Positions 50,391 to 59,137 of a DNA stretch of 64,000 nt are shown one piece after another. This DNA comes from Hormiphora californensis (taxonomy: Eukaryota; Animalia; Ctenophora). The position numbers and the translations under genes are program-made. The stretch is from positions 2,790,001 through 2,854,000 of the forward strand of contig CM035356.1 of NCBI GenBank assembly GCA_020137815.1, read 5' to 3'. The notes under the pieces are model-generated. The model saw nothing but the letters and a program-made list of their open reading frames with translations, searched no databases and had not been told where the DNA came from. Position 1 is the first letter of the stretch. Each line of letters starts with the position of its first letter.

Positions 50391-52646
50391 ATGGGAAAGA
50401 AGCAAGCTGGGTATGTGATCTTTGCTAAAGTAAATCGGAAGAAATATGAAGTTAACGGGCGACTGTCAGTACCTGAACTAGTAGCACGGGCATCTCATGA
50501 TTGGAAAAAGTTACCACAAGCTGAGAAGGAAAAGTTTAAACTGATGGCAAAGGATATCAGATCAGATCCATCCGAACCCTCCTCATCGTTTAAAAATGAA
50601 ACATCAAATCATAGATTAGACACAGAGGGACCAACACTTTCCTGCATAGAAATGTAAGTCAAGTTTATCAAATATGAATTTACACATTTGACATGATGCT
50701 CTAGTATTTACAATGAAGTCAAAGGAGTTATTAAAATATTTAATTATTATCAATTACGCTTTTCTCTCTGTAGTGAAAACATGAAAAATGCCGCAAAGGA
50801 AGATCTAAGAAGAACGACTAACGAACTCGAGCTAAAAAAGGAATACCTGTGCCTTCTTGACGTTCAAACCTATGTCAACCGTAAGGACGGTACATTTGTG
50901 CCAGCTGAAGTTGCTGTGATGCCACTAACACCAACAGATGGAGCCCGTGCCTGTCCTGCCGCTGAAAGCTTTATTATCAGTGCTGAGAAGAAGTAAGTTT
51001 TATTATATCGCTCTCAGATCATTGTTTTCTGATATTATTTTGTAATCATAAATTACGAATAACCGGCTGTTACCTTTAGTGACTATCTGAACCTGGCAAG
51101 GGAAGCGTTGATTGAGGCACCTGAACGACACGGAATTGATCTAACTAAACTGGGCTCGTACCCTATCACACAAACAGCCCTCAGAGATAAAGTAAGTTGT
51201 GTCTAGCTTCCATCTGTCGTATAGTTAACATAGTTAAGGGTTTCTCAGTTCTATTGCTAACCAACGTGTTCTTGCAGCTGATAGGATTACTAAAAATGGG
51301 AGCAGTCTTTTTAGTTCAAGGAGAACGGTTTAGAGAAACTGTCGGTGTACTGTACTATTTAAAGTTGAAGAATTTGAGGATAACAACGATTGAAGATTAT
51401 GTGATGCAGGTTAGAAGGGAAAGAATTATTTTATCAGTTAGGTAGAACACAGGTCACAGTTCTAAATGTAAAGGAGGGTTAGGACATAACAACATAATCT
51501 ACATGTTTACAGGTTATTGTTAACCGTGTTTTATTTCAGATGACCAGTAGCCGCTACACAAGCACCCAGATCGCTGGGGCCCTGTGTTCATCTAGATTTG
51601 ATTACGAACAGTCGATGAGATGCCATTATCACAACAATGCAGAGTCAGCGCAAGACAAGCAACATTGTTCTCTGAAAAATGTGTTGAAATTTTGGACTTT
51701 AATTCCGGAACTCCTGGATAACCCACCTGGTAAGTAGGCTCAAAGGGAAACAAGGTGTCCTTTCAAAGTTAGTTCTGTTTATCTTCACATTGAATCGTAG
51801 TAGTTTGGTTACATAGTTGTGAACGAAAATGTATATAATTTATAATCTATCCAGCCTCCCTCATTTATGCAGGTGAAGAGGAATCCATGGGCAATGGTTA
51901 CACGCCCACAAATGTAACCTGTTCTGCAGGAGCCTATGTCGCTAGCCACACCAATTCCACCACCACCTCTACTAATATAGAGGAGGGCATCGGGAAGTTA
52001 GCATTATATAATAAACAAGAAGAGCCATCACCCGCACCTGCACAAGAAGAGGAAGAGCCACCACACAGACCGAGGAGACCACGACAGCAGCAGAAGAAGA
52101 AGGAGGGAGACCCGGACAACCTTAAACCTTGTCCGGCCCCGAACCCAGGTAACTTGGGTGTATAGAATAGCACTGAAAAACAGATATTTTGTGAAATGCC
52201 TCTTCTGGTGTTTTATGAAAGGATGTGTATTATAACAGGGGCCGTATTATGTTTCTCATGCCTGTCAAGTGTAAACCCATATAACTATTTCACTGGTTTC
52301 AATGGCATTATATTTCTCATGAGATTTATATTACCACCACTCCTAAATTCACTCAGGACCTGCCACAAGATCTCGTGGACGAGGATCCCGAACAAGCCCA
52401 GAACCACCGGTAGAAGAACCAGTATACAACAACATGACCATTGGAACCCAAAACCCAACTGCCCGCCAGAACTGCTTCGGATCCCAGCCTAATATCAACA
52501 GCTTTGGAGCATCAGCCTTGGTACACCAGGTGTACCACTCTAGTAGTGGTGGCACCTCCCCCACCGGGAGCTGGGGTAGTTCGGGTAGCCCACCCATCAG
52601 ACCTAGGGGAAGGGGCCGGGGAAGGAAATCCCCAACTGGACTGTGA
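50391..52646 (+). CDS. MAEL: Maelstrom paralog 2 (HMG + MAEL + RG-rich tail), 7 exons: 50391-50653, 50774-50992, 51080-51191, 51278-51409, 51540-51729, 51873-52148, 52357-52646
   Basis: In-phase GT-AG junctions; LLDVQT...PAEVA, RHGI, RFDY...RCHYH...HCSLKNV (E-C-H-C zinc motif); tail SRGRGS...PRGRGRGRK. Confidence 0.88.
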
Positions 52647-53790
52647 AATGGACTATGTTAACTGGACTATGTGAACCGTGTTTTATAGGTTTTAATGGAC
52701 TTTTTATACCTTTTTAGAAGGTTTTTTGAAAAATGTGAGAAAATACAAAAAAAAGTATAAAAGACTAAATGACTTGAGCTTTATTTTTCTTATCTTATAA
52801 ATCTACGCTATTTTTTATCTCAAAGATTATATCTTTTTTTAAGAGTGGAATGAAAAAGGACCGTATCGGTGTGTCACACTGTCTTGATCTTGGTTTCTTT
52901 GTTCAACAATCTTTGTTGGGGAGGCACTCTTAGTGAGTGCAAGGGTTGGTCCTCCAATAGTTGAATTACAAGAGTTAAATTACTGGTGTGCCTCTAGCGT
53001 TACACTTTAATAATCTTGAGATAAGACGTTTGTCGCCTAGAAGATCGAGGAGAGTAAAAAAAGGGTTGATCTCTGAGAGAGAGGCAACTGGAATAATTTT
53101 AATTCTCTGAGGTCCAGGAAAGGGTAAAAAGACAAGAGTTAAGAGTTCGCGCTAGAGACAAAGAATGACAAAGAATCCAAGAAAAGGCAAGTTTTTTAGG
53201 CAGCAGTGCCGTTTTAAAATATTTTATTAGTACACCTGTAAAAAGGTTTTAATTTATCGACAGTGTAACATATTATCTCCCGGACGAAAGATTTAGATTA
53301 ATTACGAAAGGTTGCAAAGTTATTATTGGGGAAATGAAGGGTTGACATCGTGAAAGAAAGGGTTCATATCTGGCGGTGCGCTGAGAGAGTTGAGCAAAAT
53401 ACAACCTGTTTGTACCTCAAACCTCTATGTACGTTGTTCAGGATCCCAATACTGTTATGTATTAGGAGTTTGTTTTGAAACGGCATCGCTACAAATTGAA
53501 TAGTGGTTACCGTATTTTCATAACCAGTAACATTACTCTCCAGTGTGCCCTCTGTGTAATGAGATCTGTTTAATATCACACTTTACCAGATGTCATATTG
53601 TGCAACAGTTTGTTAAACAGTCCCAGTGTCATATTATATTCAACACGTGGTGTCTGTGATTCCACGTGGTTAAATGAGCTTTTTGTTGCACCTCCACGTG
53701 GCTATTTCTATACTTGGTTAAATGAGCTTCTCATAAGTGCCTCTGAGCACGTGCTAGTCACTATCACACACTGGTGTTGTCTATTGTCTA

Positions 53791-53812
53791 GTATCGTTCC
53801 AATTTTAGTATA
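53791..53812 (-). ncRNA. U6 snRNA-derived fragment (22-nt exact match; not a complete gene)
   Basis: TATACTAAAATTGGAACGATAC equals the conserved U6 segment leading into the ACAGAGA box; preceded by hairpin GCTGCTA-C-TAGCAGC; the ACAGAGA box and 3' half are not conserved. Confidence 0.7.
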
Positions 53813-54566
53813 CACTCTGAGCTGCTAGTAGCAGCCTGCTACTGTAAACTGTGAGGTTTTATTTTGTTGAGTGGGCAAAACTTTGCTGATAGAGCTTTAG
53901 AAATGATACACTATGACAAAGAAATTCTCGAAGCGATTTTAATCTGATACAACCCACTTTGGCCAATGATGATGTTGATTCACACCTCACAGTGTCTGGT
54001 TGCTCTGCACCGTTTCATACCTGAGTCCAAAGTGGGTTGTGTAGTTTGATTTTGAGCTTCAGGGAAAAAGTAATTCTGCTTCATTTCAATTGTTATATCA
54101 GCACATTAATTTGGGTTTTCTGTCCTCTCATTTAAACTGAGACACTCTATATTGTTTCCACACAGAACTACATTATACTACACTGTACTATTGTTACAAC
54201 ATGAAGTATGTGTGTTGATGGTTCTGTGTTCAGTGTTCACTGTTCATACGATCTCTAATGTACGAACAGAACAAGGGTGGTATACACATTACACACACAC
54301 GCAAGTGCCCTTTAACACAATCTTCGGTTAGCTATCGGTAGTTTATAATTTTAATTGCGGATGGGGGGTGTTGGTTAAATTATTATTTCAACAGAACAGG
54401 AATTGTTTGAATGGATTGAATGTTTTTTATTATCCCAAATATTTTACTACAATCTGCTTTTCTCTCCCCCACCTTCCACCCCCCTACACATGTCCCCTTA
54501 GCGTTTTATCGATCCTAAGATCTGAACTCACTATTTATCTCCATATATTAGAAATATTATAAATGA

Positions 54567-57500
54567 ATGATGCCGTATAACAACAGAACCGAAATTAAAA
54601 ATGGAACGTCTAGTTGCCGGCTGGTCACTGAGGCGCTGATAACGGCAACGTCTCATGAGTAAGTCTTTCAGATGTGACAAGAAAGGGACAAGAGTCGAGA
54701 GGGACAAGAAAGGGGCAAGAGAGGGACAAGAAAGGGACAAGAAAGGGTCAAGAGAGGGTCAAGAGAGGGTCAAGAGAGGGGCATGAAAGGGACAAGGGAG
54801 GGACAAGAGTTATAATAACTGTTACATTAAATCTGTTCGGTAAATAACTCTTTAATATATGTTATAGTGACTTGGTCCATTACAAATCTCTTTTGTAACT
54901 TACAAAAGAGATTTGTAATGGACCAAGTCACAATAACAGAAACTAAAGAGTTAAATACCGAACAGACTGTATCAAGACACAAGATCAGACCATTTAGGTC
55001 TGTTATGATACAGTAGTAATCAGTTGCAGTGGGTGTTAGGGTGGGATAAACTGTTTATCCCACCCTAACACCCACTCCCCCTTTTTAGCGGCAAGACGAC
55101 CAGACGACGGAAGAGGCTCTACACACAAAGAGCCCTGAAAGATTTAACTGTTAAACTATTAACAATGACATACAGCGATCTGATGGAGCTAGATATTGCT
55201 GTTATTGATACAATGGCATACGTCAAATATATGGATGGTAGGTACTTCACTTGTTTACCCCGCCGATTAGTCCTGAATATCCATATCTTCCCCGCTTTGG
55301 ATCTTGATATAGTTTGTTTGTCAAAGAGATACTGCGGGGAGGTGATCATTCTCTAGACGCAGCAATCACACCCCCCCCCCCATTTAGGTACAAGTGTACC
55401 AGCCGAAGTAGCCGTTTCACGTGGTAAACTAGGATCCCTAACTACGGGAACCAAGGAGTACTCCGCACTGGCAGATATTAACAAATCACAGCTGAAGACG
55501 GGATTCCTATCTGAAGCAGTTACTACATGTGAAACTGTCCATGGTATTGATCTACTGAAACAGACCGCTGCTAAAGTATCTCTAGATGAAATAGTTACTC
55601 AGGTATAAAAAACGGCTGATGATGCTCTTTCTTCTTTTTAATTTCTATACTGATGTGCAATGTGATATATGTTTATAGAGTTGGAGATATTGTATGTGTT
55701 GGTGATGCAGTCACCCTTACAACGAGTGAGGTGACTGCGCCACCAACTGTATGTTGAGCTGGAATGGGAATGTGGGGCGACTTTCCTGCTACAGACGTGA
55801 AAACGTTTTGCTGGCGTCGACAGCCTGTCGAGTGTCGATAATTAGATTTAGTAGTCTCTGAAAACACGATTCTGCTCACGTTCAGCCAATTCAAAGAGGT
55901 CGCCCCACACTCTACAGCTCTTTACCCTACTCTAATAACAAGTACATGATCTGACCATCTCTGTCTCTCTTATCCAGGTGAATAAGTCCCTATCGGGGGT
56001 ACGTTATGTGGTATCAAGAACAGTTGATTTGGAGAGGAACTATGGGTGTCTGTTCTGGATCCAGGAACATGCCAATGTGAGGCTGACAGATATCGATGTA
56101 AGTTTGGCAATATTTACTGTCTGTCTGTGTGTTTAGGAAGGCTTTATGCCGCATTTATTATGCAGCCGAAGGAAATATTATTGGGTCTTGGAGCTACCTA
56201 AGGCATGCCCGAACATGTCATGTTGTCTACTCTAGAAGGACATGCCCGAACTTGCCCATTGCCCGCATCTTTTTACATTATTCTTTCTCTACCAGCACGG
56301 ATATTTGCTTTTTTAAAGCCGGCTACTCACTCACCACACATTAAATCATCACATATTTATCTCTCTCTCAATGTACAAAAGATAAAGCATTGGGCGTCGT
56401 TTCTTAATTTTATTTATAACTTTTCACTTTTCAACCAATATCCCTCCTCTCAGATAATTCCTATCGAGGATTTCATAAGACTTGTTCTGCAACGAGTCTT
56501 TGACTACCACACAGTAAGTAACAACTTCAATTCCTGTTAGGTTTTCACTTTTCTACCCTCCTAACCCCACCCCCTGGCCCCTCGGGAAGTGAAGGGTTGA
56601 ATCACTCCACGCCATGATTGTTAAGCCCACCTCTAGTTTCTAAGAAGGGGTCGAGACAAATCGGCTGTAATAATAGAGGGATGTAGTTAGTTGATTGGCC
56701 GTCTCTCTCGTTCCACCAATCAGAAATAATCTCTGTGTGGCGGCACTAATTTGTCAAATGTCAACCCATGAAAGATAGCTGAAATCTAATCCCTCTCGAT
56801 CCACCTTCCATGTGTGAATGTGTAACAATTAATCTTCTTTTCGAGAGTAACTCTATGACTGAGTTCTATCCACCCCAGATCTAACTCTATCCTCCACTCT
56901 CTTCGGTACCCCTACCCTCCCTCCCACCTACCCTCTTTCCATGATTACTCACTCTCTGTTTGTTTTCAGGTTAAAATCAACCTACCAACTGTGACCCAGA
57001 TAACCAGTCTACTCTCCAAAACCAATAAGGACTACGTCTCAAAATACCGGTATGTTTCAATACTTGAAATTTACAGATACCGCCTAAAGTCGGTATTTTA
57101 ACTTACGCTGTGTGACACGCAAAACAACTCCGTGTACGACTTTAGGGGGGGGGGGGGTGAAAAGTTGAAAAAAAGGACTTTACCCCAGTCTCGACATTTC
57201 TCCTTCAAAACCAATTCCCTTTCTCGACACTCACGTTTACCAAACTCCTGATTACCATATATCCCAGGTGTACCTTCCACGCGACAGATGATATTGCTGC
57301 TGATAAATGGGGATGCAGCCGGAAGAACGTCCTAAAGTACACCTCTGTCATTGACGAGATGCTGGGCCAATACGAGGTTGAGGCCCGACAAAGAGAGGGA
57401 GAGAACGACGGACACTTTGATGAGACGTGCGCTCTGTGGGATCAAGCCACAACAATCTCATACGCTCAGATCGAGCAGGGCGAGGCTGCTCGGAGGAGGA

Positions 57501-58611
57501 GAGAAGAGGAGGAGGCGAGGGGGAGGAGAGATGCCAAGTTGGCATTGGAGTACAAAAAGAAGAGAGAGGAACAACTTGAGAAGTATGAACGAGAGGTGGA
57601 GGAGAAAATGAGGGAGGAGGCAAGGAGGGAGAGGGAGAGGGAGGTGGAAAGAAGGCTGAAGTTAGAGAGAATACAGGTTGAACAGGAGAGACGGTGTAGG
57701 GTTGCAGAACAGGAAGATGAGAAAAGAAGAGCTGAAAGTATTGAGTACACTCTTACGATGGAGCTCGAAGATGGGCAGTCGATTGAGGATTTTAAAGCTG
57801 CACAAGAAGCGGAGATGAGGAAATACGAGCAGGATCGGGGAGAGAAGGGTGTGTGGGATGATCTATTTGCGGATATGACTATATCTCAACCACAGCAAGA
57901 TGAACTGCGGTCCTCTCCTCCTTCCAGTTCTTCACAATTCCAGCCTGTCTCACAACCTACCTACAATCAACATGAACCCCTCCCTCAACAAGAGCTATGG
58001 GGTGTCCTTCCCCCAAAACTACTACAACTATTGCCCACTCTGCTGGTAGGCAGTAGGTGGCAGTATTTCACCCCCAATTGGATATTCCTCCCCTGCTATT
58101 ACTGCTCCTTCTACTTCACCACCATTTGATATCCCCGTCTCGACTGCTGCTAAAGTCGACAACTCACCACCCCTGGTACCCAAAGCTAAACACCACAAAG
58201 CCGCAACTGCAGGGGCTGCTCCTAAACCAAAACTCCTCCCACCCTCGGCTTTTCTCAGCTCCCCTGCAGTTGCCACCAATGCCCAATATATCAAAAATCA
58301 ACCGCCGACTACATCACTTCTTCCGACCCCTGGGTTTGCTCCAACTATCGGGCTCCCCTCTACTACCAGTCCTTCTGGAATTGTGCCAAAACACTACACA
58401 ACTACCGCTGACTCCCTAACTAATCCATTCTCACTATAACCCCACTATCCAATACAACAACAACATGGATGAAGAGGCCCTACCCAGGCGACCCCGGAAG
58501 GTAGGCCAAGGGTCGCGGAAAGGCAGGCTCTCTCCTCCTCTGGATCAACTTCCTCAGGATCCTTCCTCTCCACCTCCACCGGGGTTTGAATCCTGGTTCA
58601 CCACGGTATAA
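54567..58611 (+). CDS. MAEL: Maelstrom paralog 3: no HMG box; MAEL + E/R-rich charged helix + Pro/Ser/Thr tail (tail has frameshifts after ~58000)
   Basis: Exons 54567-54658, 55089-55237, 55388-55602, 55978-56097, 56454-56513, 56970-57049, 57268-...; AVIDTMAY...G|TSVPAEVA, VHGID, DYVSKYR|CTFH...WGCSRKNV, running into ORF 57359-58129. The first exon is less certain. Confidence 0.78.
54832..54966. repeat. 135-bp imperfect palindrome in Mael-3 intron 1
   Basis: TCTGTTCGGTA...GTGACTTGGTCCATTACAAATCTCTTTTGTAA-C-TTACAAAAGAGATTTGTAATGGACCAAGTCAC...TACCGAACAGA. Confidence 0.9.
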
Positions 58612-58916
58612 AGTTAATGTGGGATATGATGGGGTTGTCCAGGGCTGTACGGTTACAAGTAGGGATGGATGGATTAGTACGATACAAGTGAGGTTATATG
58701 AACTGATGTGCTGTGTGAGAGAATGAGAGGGAGAGGAGAGAGAGAACATTGACAATGTTTGAGTGTATGATTATGATTTACATACCCAATGCTAGAACGA
58801 ACATGTGTAGAGAAAATATGTCATTCCCTTATTGGATCTGCTCGATACGATAACCCGATAACGTTTCCGGTTAACAGCTCACTTGATTTTGATTTTCGCT
58901 GAAAATGTCAGTATAC

Positions 58917-58941
58917 ATCTGTTCTTATCAGTTTAATATCT
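58917..58941 (+). ncRNA. U2 snRNA-derived fragment (25-nt exact match; not a complete gene)
   Basis: ATCTGTTCTTATCAGTTTAATATCT equals U2 from the end of the branch-point-pairing region through stem IIa; flanks only loosely similar. Confidence 0.75.
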
Positions 58942-59137
58942 TACGTATGGCGAAAAAGAGAGAGGGAGAGACTTTTTGAAATCATTGAACTGTGAATTGC
59001 TACAGCTATCTTAATTATTATTATTATTAAGTTCCGAAAAACACAGCTATCTTGTTTACTTTTGAGTCAAACTATCTTCATTTCCTGGCCATTATTTATC
59101 TCTCTCTACACCACATTCCTCTCCCATTGTAGACACT

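Larger units (their letters stand above)
42885..52228 (+). repeat. Segmental duplication copy B (first ~2.3 kb is indel-rich, low quality)
   Basis: Collinear with 8130-18205. Confidence 0.9.
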
